Source: a virus
Taxonomy: Duplodnaviria; Heunggongvirae; Uroviricota; Caudoviricetes
Virus record (IMG/VR): IMGVR_UViG_3300035515_000158
Reading direction: 5' to 3' (one strand)
Length of the DNA: 63,143 nucleotides
Below are positions 1-9,620 of this stretch, in pieces (the stretch's first letter is position 1; each line of letters starts with the position of its first letter). The notes under the pieces were generated by a model. It was not told where the DNA came from. It saw only the letters and a list, made by a program, of their open reading frames with translations, and ran no database searches. A program made the position numbers and the translations under genes.

Positions 1-648
1 ATGCTAACTATAACTACTTGTTGAAACAAGTTAAGTCAGTTAATAGTGATACTCTTTATGGTGTAAACAGTAGTATTACTACTTTACAAAGTAATATTAA
101 GACAAACTTAACTGATGTTATAGGTACAAGTTCTGAGGTTGCTACCTCATACTCTACAAGTAATCATTTGTATGCTAACTATAACTACTTAGTTAATTAT
201 AAGAATACTATTAACAATACCAACCTTAAAACAGTTAATACTAACTTAACTACTCTGGATGGTTATATTACTAGTAACTTAACCAATAAGATTGGTTCAA
301 CATCAACTACAGCGGCTTCTTCATACAATACAAGTAATGTTTTGTATGCTAACTATAACTACTTAGTTAATTATAAGAATACTATTAACAATACCAACCT
401 TAAAACAGTTAATACTAACTTAACTACTCTGGATGGTTATATTACTAGTAACTTAACCAATAAGATTGGTTCAACATCAACTACAGCGGCTTCTTCATTC
501 TCAACAAGTAATGTTTTGTATGCTAACTATAACTACTTGTTGAAACAAGTTAAGTCAGTTAATAGTGATACTCTTTATGGTGTAAACAGTAGTATTACTA
601 CTTTACAAAGTAATATTAAGACAAACTTAACTGATGTTATAGGTACTT
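1..648 (+). repeat. Coding tandem repeat, units A(171 bp)-B(174 bp)-B(174 bp)-A(partial)
   Basis: (t)atgctaactataactac recurs at 1, 172, 346, 520; 1-126 matches 520-645 and the two B units match over about 150 bp. Confidence 0.9.
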
Positions 649-2387
649 CTGGTGATTTAGGTGGTTCAACATATGATGCTTCATCTACTTTATGGAGTAA
701 GTATAAGTACCTACTATCAATTACACCAAGTGTTAAGAGTTCACTTGATACGAATAATACTAATATTAAAAAATTAGTTGATAATACTGGTAATCTCACG
801 ACCACCAATGAGGTAGTTGCAGACCATGAAACAAGAATTGATACATTAGAATCAAATTCTAATATAACGAAGATAACATGGTCAAATTTGAAAGACCTTA
901 GAGATGCAAGTGGATTGGTTACTGGACATTCATATGAGATAACAGACTATGTTGCAACCAAAGAAGTATTTGTGTCTAAGGCATTACACGACTTAATAAA
1001 TACAAGTACAAATTTGTATATTCATAATAGGTATGGTTATTCAACTACAAAATTCCATATTATAGTGACTGCAACCTCAGAGAAAACATTATCAGAGGAA
1101 GCTCGTATGGTTAACGCTGGTTCTGAATATTATGATAGTAGTGTTGATAAATGGAAAATATGGTATTGTTTAGATAATGATTCTAATTGTTTTGAAGTTG
1201 GTAGTCATTCATCAACAGGTGTTATATATCGTATGATTGATGATTATGGTAATGATGCACCTTATGATTTCAAGTCGTTGGTATTCTATACAAGTATTAC
1301 CACAGCTACAAATATGTATAGGACATTTGGATATTTTGATACTACCGGACAATGTTGTGGTAATGTTATAAAACCATTATATGTTTTAAATACGAATGAT
1401 GATGAAAATACACAATGGTTACTATGTGTAAACTGTAATTATGTTAATACAACAACAGGTGCAATTCAAAATAATACGTTTGATTATGATTGTTATAATA
1501 ATGTATATCGTTCATATGAGAATACATTTGGTAAGGGATGTTTTTCAAATACTGTTTATGGATTTCAAAACATATTTGGTAATAACTGTAAAGGTAATGG
1601 TCTATCCAATTCAAATGCAAATAGAAATGTATTAGGTAATTATTGTTATAGTAATACGATTACATCATATGGTAATACACTAGGTAATTATTGTTATAGT
1701 AATTCATTAAGTAATTCTTCATATTCATATAGAAACAGATTAGGTGATGGGTGTTTTGGTAATATTGTGTATGGGTATTGTAATGTATTAAATAATCATT
1801 GTTCATATAATTATATTGATTCTAGAAGTACAGGTAATATGTTTGATAATAATTGTTTCTATAATAAAATTGGTACATATTCGCATAATAATAAATTTGG
1901 AAGTGGATGCCAGAGGAATTCAATAGGTACAAATAGTACGTGTAATGAATTTGGAAAAGGATGTAAAAATAATGCATTGGGTGATACAACTTATACAAAT
2001 CCTTCTACCGCGGTAACAAATCCAAACATAATGGGGTATTCTTCATCATATTTCTCAGATAAAGGAGGTTATTATATGTATTGTAAATTCTGTGATGGTG
2101 TATCTTATACAGCATTAACCTTAGAAGATATGGGTTCAAGTGATTATTTAACTTCTGCAAAAAATATCAGAAATATTACTATACATAAAGGTATTCATGG
2201 TGGTCTTAGGGGTAATATGTCATCTAATTTGGTAATATCAGATACTGCAACTTCTGTAGTGTATGAAACATATACGATATCAACAACAAATCCATATTTG
2301 GTATTATATGTTGATACTACATCACAAGATTATGAAATCAATTATGGTATTGATAAAGAAGGCAATATTGTTCAATGGTCTATCTAA
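18..2387 (+). CDS. Tail fibre/spike-like protein (5' end probably lies upstream of window)
   Basis: Frame is open from the window start; N-terminal 57/58-aa tandem repeats, then a domain typical of Bacteroidota phage fibres (ITWSNLKDLRD...YEITDY...KWKIWYCLDND...GVIYRMIDDYGNDAPYDFK) and N-x-F-G-x-x-C beta-helix repeats. Confidence 0.65.
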   Translation: MLKQVKSVNSDTLYGVNSSITTLQSNIKTNLTDVIGTSSEVATSYSTSNHLYANYNYLVNYKNTINNTNLKTVNTNLTTLDGYITSNLTNKIGSTSTTAASSYNTSNVLYANYNYLVNYKNTINNTNLKTVNTNLTTLDGYITSNLTNKIGSTSTTAASSFSTSNVLYANYNYLLKQVKSVNSDTLYGVNSSITTLQSNIKTNLTDVIGTSGDLGGSTYDASSTLWSKYKYLLSITPSVKSSLDTNNTNIKKLVDNTGNLTTTNEVVADHETRIDTLESNSNITKITWSNLKDLRDASGLVTGHSYEITDYVATKEVFVSKALHDLINTSTNLYIHNRYGYSTTKFHIIVTATSEKTLSEEARMVNAGSEYYDSSVDKWKIWYCLDNDSNCFEVGSHSSTGVIYRMIDDYGNDAPYDFKSLVFYTSITTATNMYRTFGYFDTTGQCCGNVIKPLYVLNTNDDENTQWLLCVNCNYVNTTTGAIQNNTFDYDCYNNVYRSYENTFGKGCFSNTVYGFQNIFGNNCKGNGLSNSNANRNVLGNYCYSNTITSYGNTLGNYCYSNSLSNSSYSYRNRLGDGCFGNIVYGYCNVLNNHCSYNYIDSRSTGNMFDNNCFYNKIGTYSHNNKFGSGCQRNSIGTNSTCNEFGKGCKNNALGDTTYTNPSTAVTNPNIMGYSSSYFSDKGGYYMYCKFCDGVSYTALTLEDMGSSDYLTSAKNIRNITIHKGIHGGLRGNMSSNLVISDTATSVVYETYTISTTNPYLVLYVDTTSQDYEINYGIDKEGNIVQWSI

Positions 2388-2411
2388 TGTTAATAGATAT
2401 AAACTAAATAT

Positions 2412-2444
2412 AAAAGGTTCGGGGATTTATCTCGAACCTTTTTT
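2412..2444 (+). terminator. Hairpin terminator immediately before a late promoter (same layout at 3129-3160, 9548-9580, 24754-24783)
   Basis: AAAAGGTTCG/CGAACCTTTT stem plus T run. Confidence 0.75.
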
Positions 2445-2452
2445 CATAAATA
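2445..2452 (+). promoter_or_regulatory. Putative late promoter CATAAATA (also + 3161, 9583, 22330, 24784, 27584, 30331; - 27603-27610, 30306-30313)
   Basis: Variant of T4 late TATAAATA found shortly upstream (about 20-50 nt) of structural and lysis genes. Confidence 0.7.
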
Positions 2453-2479
2453 TAATAAACATAAAATATAGTTTTATAA

Positions 2480-3106
2480 ATGGTAGATTCAGATAAAATT
2501 TTTGGAACAGAAATTACTTGTGGTTCATCTTATTTCTTTGAAGGAATGGATGGATATGTGTTTAGAAATAAAGACTATATGATTATCGTAGAGAAAGGTG
2601 ATGGATTTAATTATATTCAACAAGTCCAAACTGGTGATCATAATCTTTTCAAAATTGTGTATAGACCTAAACAAGAGTTAATTGAATATACACTTGAAAG
2701 AGCCCCCGGAGCCGCCCTTGGTAAGTTTTTGATTCCTGAGTTTGATGAAATTTTTGGTATAACTTTGGAAGATTTGAAACAATTAGAACCATTGTTAGAG
2801 AAACTAAAAGATGAACAGGCTTATGAAAAAGTGATTTATGATGCTTACTTTACAAATGGTAGTCTTACTTTAACTGATGAACAGAGAAAGGAAGCACTTA
2901 AATCATACAATTCGGCTCGTAATATTGATGATGAACCTGAAATTCCATCAGAAATAGAAGAAATCCCAGAAGAAATTCCCGAAGAGATTTCCCAAGAAAC
3001 ACAATCTATTACATCTGGCGAGTTAATTGACCAACTTATTGAAGAAAATGAAGGTGACGTTACTCCAGAAGGTGAAACAGAAACAGAAGAAACTCCCGTT
3101 GAGTAA
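2480..3106 (+). CDS. Hypothetical late protein with acidic C-terminal tail
   Basis: 208-aa ORF preceded by CATAAATA and followed by a hairpin terminator. Confidence 0.7.
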   Translation: MVDSDKIFGTEITCGSSYFFEGMDGYVFRNKDYMIIVEKGDGFNYIQQVQTGDHNLFKIVYRPKQELIEYTLERAPGAALGKFLIPEFDEIFGITLEDLKQLEPLLEKLKDEQAYEKVIYDAYFTNGSLTLTDEQRKEALKSYNSARNIDDEPEIPSEIEEIPEEIPEEISQETQSITSGELIDQLIEENEGDVTPEGETETEETPVE

Positions 3107-3193
3107 AACAAAATAATAAGACAAACAGAGTCCTTGATCTAATTGACCAAGGACTTTTTTCATAAATACAATAAAGTAAAGGATTAATTTTCA

Positions 3194-4534
3194 ATGGTTG
3201 ATAGTATTCTAAGTGTAACCAGATTTAAATATAGGACAACAATACCAACTTCTCCAAAGGTCGGTACATTTTATTGGGTAGAACCTGAGAATGAAGAAGA
3301 TATTGCTTTGTATTTATCTACCAGTGGAGGGTTGAAAAGATTAGATTCAAAGATACAACAACTGGTATTAAATGGTTCATACGATGTTATTTCATTGTCT
3401 GAACCCGATGAGAATGGTGAACAAGAATTAACTGTTAAGATTGGCTCATTTGACAAGGATGAAAAGACTTCCGGAGGAGTTAGGTCATTTAATGTTTCTT
3501 CTGACAATGATGGTTTATCTACTGTTGGTGAAACTATTAAATATGTGTCTGACTCTAATAACATGATATATATGTCCAATGCTGAGGATTATTGGGAAAC
3601 TGAAAATGTAGGAGGAATAAAAAAAGGATATAAAAAGAAAAACTTAAAAAATAAAACAATTAGTGAAATATTGGATGACATTTTATATCCCACATTACAA
3701 CCTACTTACACAAATCCATCAGTATCATTAAATCTATCTTATACATCTCCTATTAAAGTCGGAACAGACATAACAAGTATATTAAGTACATGGACAAAGA
3801 AAAACATAGTTAATTATATTTCTACCAATCGAGGAAGTCTAACATATGTGACTGATGAACCTCCAAAATACACATTGAAAAACTACGCAGGTTCACCAAT
3901 ATTGACCACATCAGGTTCAAGTAATGAGGTGACAGTGACAACAACAACACCAAGTTCAAAAACGTCAGCTGTTGAAGGTAAATATAGTGTAACAGTAAGT
4001 GTATATTTCAATGACGGTCCGACACCTTTAGATAATAAAAGAAATCGTGCGAGAGATGCTTCAAAGATAGACACTTGTGATTGTGATGATGGATGTGAGA
4101 AATGTTACTTACCCAATTTCAAAGGACAGTATATTAAATCATCTAATACACCTACCTTTAATGTAGTATATCCAATTTACATGAATAGTACAAATGGTGG
4201 TAATACATCAATACAAACAATCCAAGAATATAACACATTATTTGATTATACGTCAGGTAGTGCATCAAAACAAGATATAGAATTTCCCGCTGAGTTAGAA
4301 GGATTTAGTGAAAGTGAATTATACAAGATGACAATAGATATACCTTCACATTTATCAGTAGAGGTGTATCAATATAATGAAACAAATAAGAGTTATGATG
4401 TAAAGATTTCATTATACAAATCATCAGCGGTATTAAGATATAATAATACTCAATATACTCGATATATCAGAACAAATAATCCAACTGATGTGAAAACGGG
4501 TGTTGTAAAATATAAAATAACGATTAAGAAATAG
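3194..4534 (+). CDS. Putative tail/fibre structural protein
   Basis: 446-aa ORF; VGGIKKG...KTISEILDDILYPT...PT...PSVSL segment seen in phage fibre proteins; late promoter upstream. Confidence 0.55.
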   Translation: MVDSILSVTRFKYRTTIPTSPKVGTFYWVEPENEEDIALYLSTSGGLKRLDSKIQQLVLNGSYDVISLSEPDENGEQELTVKIGSFDKDEKTSGGVRSFNVSSDNDGLSTVGETIKYVSDSNNMIYMSNAEDYWETENVGGIKKGYKKKNLKNKTISEILDDILYPTLQPTYTNPSVSLNLSYTSPIKVGTDITSILSTWTKKNIVNYISTNRGSLTYVTDEPPKYTLKNYAGSPILTTSGSSNEVTVTTTTPSSKTSAVEGKYSVTVSVYFNDGPTPLDNKRNRARDASKIDTCDCDDGCEKCYLPNFKGQYIKSSNTPTFNVVYPIYMNSTNGGNTSIQTIQEYNTLFDYTSGSASKQDIEFPAELEGFSESELYKMTIDIPSHLSVEVYQYNETNKSYDVKISLYKSSAVLRYNNTQYTRYIRTNNPTDVKTGVVKYKITIKK

Positions 4535-7500
4535 TGGGATTAACATATAGTGGTTCAATACAATTCTCTAATAATTTCGAGGTCAAAACCACACAACCTT
4601 TAGATACCCGTTTAGTTGTTGATAAGATTGAGGACTTAACTAATGGTTCCATATCAGCTCCTTACACTGGTATGGTTGTAAATGTTGCTGGGACAAGTGA
4701 CCTTTATATTTTTACGAGTGTCGGAATTGTTGAATCAAAGAAAATATCAAATTGGACTAAGGTTTCATCATCCGGGACTAATGTTGTAAAAGAATTAGAA
4801 ACCAGTGAACTTAAAAAATTGGTTTCACCCTCTAATGGATGTTTGTTGAATGTAGATGGAACTTCTCAAATTTATGTACTTGTTGATTCTGAAAACTATA
4901 CAGATGTAACCAGTTGGAAAAAAATAAGTTCATCAGGTGGAGGAGATGGTAGTGGTTATAAAGGTTCAATACCAATTTATACTGGCACCGGATATGACAC
5001 ATTAGAGGATGAAGATAAACCCAGTGAATATATCCGTATCCCTAACACAGATTTAGATGAAGTTGTTGAAGATAATACCTATACAATCTCAACATTAAAT
5101 TCAGGTGATGTTGCTTCTATAATGTTCAAGGCTATCAAACAGTTACAGAAAGAAGTAACTATGTTGAAGAACTCATTTAATTATGGTATTGTGAGTATGA
5201 CGGAAGGTAATACTGCATCAAGTGAAATTGTTGATGAAATTGAAGAAGATGCAGAAGAACCTATCTGGGCAATTGATCCTGATTATTTGACTGAGGAAGA
5301 ATCATGTTCATTGGTTATGTCAACAGAGGAATGTGTGTTAGAATCTGTTGTTGATGGTAAATATAGTTGGACAGTTGAGGATAGTAAATGTTATGTGAAT
5401 GATTTGAGTTTCTATGATATCTCTGATAAAACTGTTGAATTAGAAGAATCAAAACAAATATATTTAATCAGAGCTCAGTTAAATAGTTCAGATTATGAAA
5501 TTCAAATAGATTTAAGTGATATTGAAGATAATAATCCAAGAACAATAAAATTCTCACAATTTTTATCCGGTCGTGAAAAGTTACCTGTCAATATTATGTT
5601 CATAGTTGACAGACATAATTTCAATGAGGATAATGATGACGATGATATGAGTGGATATAAATCATATATTCATGTATCTGTAACTAACAATGATGATATT
5701 TATTTGGTAGATGGATACTTGAATGATGATAATAAAACCCTTTCTAAAAGTGAAATTAGATTTGACCAGTATTATAAGATTGATAGAATTTGGTTTGATG
5801 ATTTAATATTAACAGAAGCTCGATTATATGTAAAAGATTCAACATATACTAATGATGAAGTATTACCCTCAAAATTGGATGTAGATGATTTCAAATATAA
5901 GGTAACTCACTTAGCAATTAGGTCTGTTGAAAAATATGAAAACTTAGAAAAATATGCTTCTCGATTTTTAGAGAATGAATTAATATATTGTGAAGAAGAA
6001 CAAAAATTATATATAAAAAATAATAACACGATAATTAGTCTCGCAGGAGGAACTAATATAAGTGGTGGAACAGGTATGGAAGAAAAAGATTTAATTAATT
6101 GGTTATTGAATCAGAAATTAATTGTGGATAAAGGTAACAATGAATATGACCTTAATTTGGATAGTCTCGAAAGTGTTAAATTTGTCCATACTGAGTCTGG
6201 AAAGGAATTCACATACTCAACGGATGCTTATGGAAATCTTGTTGGTAAAGAACCTCAAACCGTAGTTGTTGGTGGTGTTGTTAGTTCCGATAAACAGACT
6301 GATGAAGGTGTAAGTGCATCTAATTATGAGACATATCGTACTTTTGGTGCGGTTGGTTATTTTAATATGGATTATGACAAATGGAATGTTCAAAATACAA
6401 GTGCCAGTTCAGCGGCGACACCAAATGCTAAAGGTGATAGAGTTAGATTTGGTTCTTGGTATATTTCAACAACAACACAACAGGTTTATAATTGTTCACA
6501 TGACTTTGTTGAAATAGTAAATAGTGGAACAGATGACTACCCTTTAAGTAATGCAGTTCTTGGTTTCATGTATTCAAACACTGTAAATGGAACAACTAAA
6601 ACAAATGTGGAATGTTTTAGTCTTGATGGTGTTGTGAAGGCTGGTTCAACCTATCTTGTCAGAATGAAGAAACATTTGGATATTGATGATCCCTTAACTC
6701 ACATTGCAGTTAATGAATATGATAAGGAACTATGGTATGATTATGATGGAACAAAAGACTTATATGATGCTTCTAATTGTATAGGTATGGTTATGTTCCA
6801 TAAGAATGCTTTAAGTCTATTCCAAAAAGAAGATGTGGGTAATGGTAAACTTGTACTAATAAATACATCAGATTCACTTTGTCACCCATCGTTGATTGAT
6901 GTTGTGGTATGGTCAGGATATACAAGTAATTTCAAAGATACCACTACAAATAATGATACATGGGTTGGTTCTACTTGTGTATATACCAGAAGTGATAATA
7001 CTCTGGTGAAAGATATGTATGAACTTGATCCTGCAAAACAAGCTTATCGTTCATTGTGTACTTGTAAAGATGCCTCAAATGTTAGAACTACAAAAATCGC
7101 AGCTGACTATATACCTTTGAAAAATAAGAAGATATCATTGTGTAATAGTAGTGAAACGATTAGTATTGATAGATATACCCCAAAGGCAAGTACATCTGAA
7201 AAAAATGTAATCACAGATAAGACACAACCTGATATAGATAGACCTAACTTTGTAATGTGTGGTTTTGGTAAGAATGGTTTGACAACAAGAACATTTAACT
7301 GGGTATCAATCGGTGTTTATGATGAGTATATTTGGTTTAGAGAGAAAGGAAATACGACATGGAGTGAAGGTATTTCATCTTATACAAAGGGAAGTGCTAA
7401 TGCTGAAATAACGGTTGATACATATACCAGACCTGAAATAAGTGAAACCAATGCGAATTATGTTTATGGTAGAATTACAGACTATTTTCCTGCTACCAAT

Positions 7501-9525
7501 TATACATATACGTCACATAAACTTATAATCAATTTTACGAATACATTAGATTCAAATGGTTCTAAAACAATCGAATATGTTGTTGGTAGAGCCTTAGCCA
7601 ATGGACAACCAGATGAAGAACACATATCTAATGTCCAAGAGTTTACTTTACATGACAGTACATGGAAACCTTTTATTATCCACCACACAGATGAACAAGG
7701 GTTTGGTTGGATTGAATATCAGGTATGGAACGCCGCCGCTGATGAAATCGAGAATAAGATTACTGAATTTGTAGGTTCTCATGAAAAGACATATCCGGTT
7801 ATTATAGAGACTGGTGACATGACACAAAATGGAACACGTGTAAATGAATGGTTGGATTTCTATAATGGTGGATATAACTTGTGGAAAAAATATGAACACA
7901 TGGCGGTCGTAGGTAATAATGACTTAGCAGGTTCTTCATCTACAAGTGATATACATAATGAACTTGGTAATGGTGATGATGCTGGTAAATCAAACCCATT
8001 CTACTTTAATGTATTCCACTGTTATGAAGTAAATTATTTAACTGATGATGTTGATTTCAAAGGATATGAAGATAAGTGGTTGTCTGATATCATCATTAAC
8101 AGTCCTGAAAGTAAAAATGGAACAGGAATGTATATACCTTCTACATATTATTTCACATTGGGTAAGTATTTATATTTAATGGTGAATAGTGAAATTACAG
8201 TAGGGGCTTGTACTAATTTATATAATCACTCAGGTATTAATATATATACAGGTTTTGATACAAGTAAACCAACCGATGATACAGTTTATGATACGAATTG
8301 GTCTATTGAAAAATGGTGTAAAAGTGTATTGGACTTAGATGAAAATAAAGATAAAGTAATTGTAGCTTGTTGTCATGAGATGCCTTTCACTGTGATGACA
8401 ACAGAACAACTTATTGTAGAACCAAATGAATCAACTGATAAATATCGTGGTGGTACAAACTCATCAAAGTTAAATGTGATAACAAAGGGTACATATCTAA
8501 GTGATAAACATGGTTATTGGTTTGGTAGAATGTTAAATGAATATGGATGTAAATTGTGTATTGGTGGACATAAACACACATATGCAATTACCTATCCAAT
8601 ATATGAAACTGATTGGTGTAGTAATTATGAGGATACAACTCAATATGCTTCTATTGGTTGTGATGTGACAATATGTAGAAAACCAATAGATGTTAAGCTT
8701 GTTACTTCAATACCTATTGCTAAGTTGTTTAAGTTCTATAATGACAACAAACTTTATACATATCAACAGAAAGAAAATTCAACAAATTATGATTTTCTTG
8801 AAACAACAACTGATAATCTTCCAAAAACACCTACAGTATATTTGATGATGCAAGCTACTGGGTTCAAGTTGACTTCAAATAAAGAGTTACCTTCGAGATT
8901 TCAGTTCTTCTCAAAGGTTGTACCTATCACATCTGTAACAATGGAAGGTACAAGTGTAAAATCCTCTACTGCGGATCCTTCACAACAATATCCTATGTAT
9001 GCTCTTGTTGAACCATTTGAGAGTGATGGTGTAAATAAATTCAATATTGATGTATATAGAATTTCAAATACACAAACAGAATCATTAGTAACACCTACAA
9101 ATGCGTTCACATCTGATTTGAGTAGTTCAGCTTCTACTTATACAACAAATACAAAAGTAACGGCATTGTCATTCACAAAATATCCAACGGGTAGTTTATT
9201 GTCTGAAAAATTACTTTTGAATAATTCTGTTATCAGTGGCTCTGTATCTGTAGATGGTAATACAACAACCAACACTCAAAGTATTTCAGATACCACTTCT
9301 GATTTCTATAACAATTATTGGTATGTTGGTGAAGAATATCCAACAGATATTCACAAAACAGACATTCAAAGATGTTGGGGTAAAATAACAGATACAAAAA
9401 CATTGAGTGTTAATACTTATACATTAACATCGGTCAAGGTGGATGATACGACAACTGTAACACCTACATATAAGACATCTAATGTTGTTTTTGAGAATGT
9501 TGAACACACAATGGTAGTTGAATAA
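4534..9525 (+). CDS. Large virion-type protein with lamin-tail-like and purple acid phosphatase (calcineurin-like metallophosphoesterase) domains
   Basis: GTG start; N-terminal PLDTRLVV fibre motif; metallophosphoesterase motifs TDEQ, GDMTQNG, VGNND, CCHEMP, GGHKH in correct order. Confidence 0.7.
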   Translation: MGLTYSGSIQFSNNFEVKTTQPLDTRLVVDKIEDLTNGSISAPYTGMVVNVAGTSDLYIFTSVGIVESKKISNWTKVSSSGTNVVKELETSELKKLVSPSNGCLLNVDGTSQIYVLVDSENYTDVTSWKKISSSGGGDGSGYKGSIPIYTGTGYDTLEDEDKPSEYIRIPNTDLDEVVEDNTYTISTLNSGDVASIMFKAIKQLQKEVTMLKNSFNYGIVSMTEGNTASSEIVDEIEEDAEEPIWAIDPDYLTEEESCSLVMSTEECVLESVVDGKYSWTVEDSKCYVNDLSFYDISDKTVELEESKQIYLIRAQLNSSDYEIQIDLSDIEDNNPRTIKFSQFLSGREKLPVNIMFIVDRHNFNEDNDDDDMSGYKSYIHVSVTNNDDIYLVDGYLNDDNKTLSKSEIRFDQYYKIDRIWFDDLILTEARLYVKDSTYTNDEVLPSKLDVDDFKYKVTHLAIRSVEKYENLEKYASRFLENELIYCEEEQKLYIKNNNTIISLAGGTNISGGTGMEEKDLINWLLNQKLIVDKGNNEYDLNLDSLESVKFVHTESGKEFTYSTDAYGNLVGKEPQTVVVGGVVSSDKQTDEGVSASNYETYRTFGAVGYFNMDYDKWNVQNTSASSAATPNAKGDRVRFGSWYISTTTQQVYNCSHDFVEIVNSGTDDYPLSNAVLGFMYSNTVNGTTKTNVECFSLDGVVKAGSTYLVRMKKHLDIDDPLTHIAVNEYDKELWYDYDGTKDLYDASNCIGMVMFHKNALSLFQKEDVGNGKLVLINTSDSLCHPSLIDVVVWSGYTSNFKDTTTNNDTWVGSTCVYTRSDNTLVKDMYELDPAKQAYRSLCTCKDASNVRTTKIAADYIPLKNKKISLCNSSETISIDRYTPKASTSEKNVITDKTQPDIDRPNFVMCGFGKNGLTTRTFNWVSIGVYDEYIWFREKGNTTWSEGISSYTKGSANAEITVDTYTRPEISETNANYVYGRITDYFPATNYTYTSHKLIINFTNTLDSNGSKTIEYVVGRALANGQPDEEHISNVQEFTLHDSTWKPFIIHHTDEQGFGWIEYQVWNAAADEIENKITEFVGSHEKTYPVIIETGDMTQNGTRVNEWLDFYNGGYNLWKKYEHMAVVGNNDLAGSSSTSDIHNELGNGDDAGKSNPFYFNVFHCYEVNYLTDDVDFKGYEDKWLSDIIINSPESKNGTGMYIPSTYYFTLGKYLYLMVNSEITVGACTNLYNHSGINIYTGFDTSKPTDDTVYDTNWSIEKWCKSVLDLDENKDKVIVACCHEMPFTVMTTEQLIVEPNESTDKYRGGTNSSKLNVITKGTYLSDKHGYWFGRMLNEYGCKLCIGGHKHTYAITYPIYETDWCSNYEDTTQYASIGCDVTICRKPIDVKLVTSIPIAKLFKFYNDNKLYTYQQKENSTNYDFLETTTDNLPKTPTVYLMMQATGFKLTSNKELPSRFQFFSKVVPITSVTMEGTSVKSSTADPSQQYPMYALVEPFESDGVNKFNIDVYRISNTQTESLVTPTNAFTSDLSSSASTYTTNTKVTALSFTKYPTGSLLSEKLLLNNSVISGSVSVDGNTTTNTQSISDTTSDFYNNYWYVGEEYPTDIHKTDIQRCWGKITDTKTLSVNTYTLTSVKVDDTTTVTPTYKTSNVVFENVEHTMVVE

Positions 9526-9620
9526 AAACAACTAAATATAATAAATTAAGGAGGTTGATTCTTATGAATTGACCTCCTTTCTCATAAATAACATATAAAG
9601 AAGAAACAAAATCCAACAAG

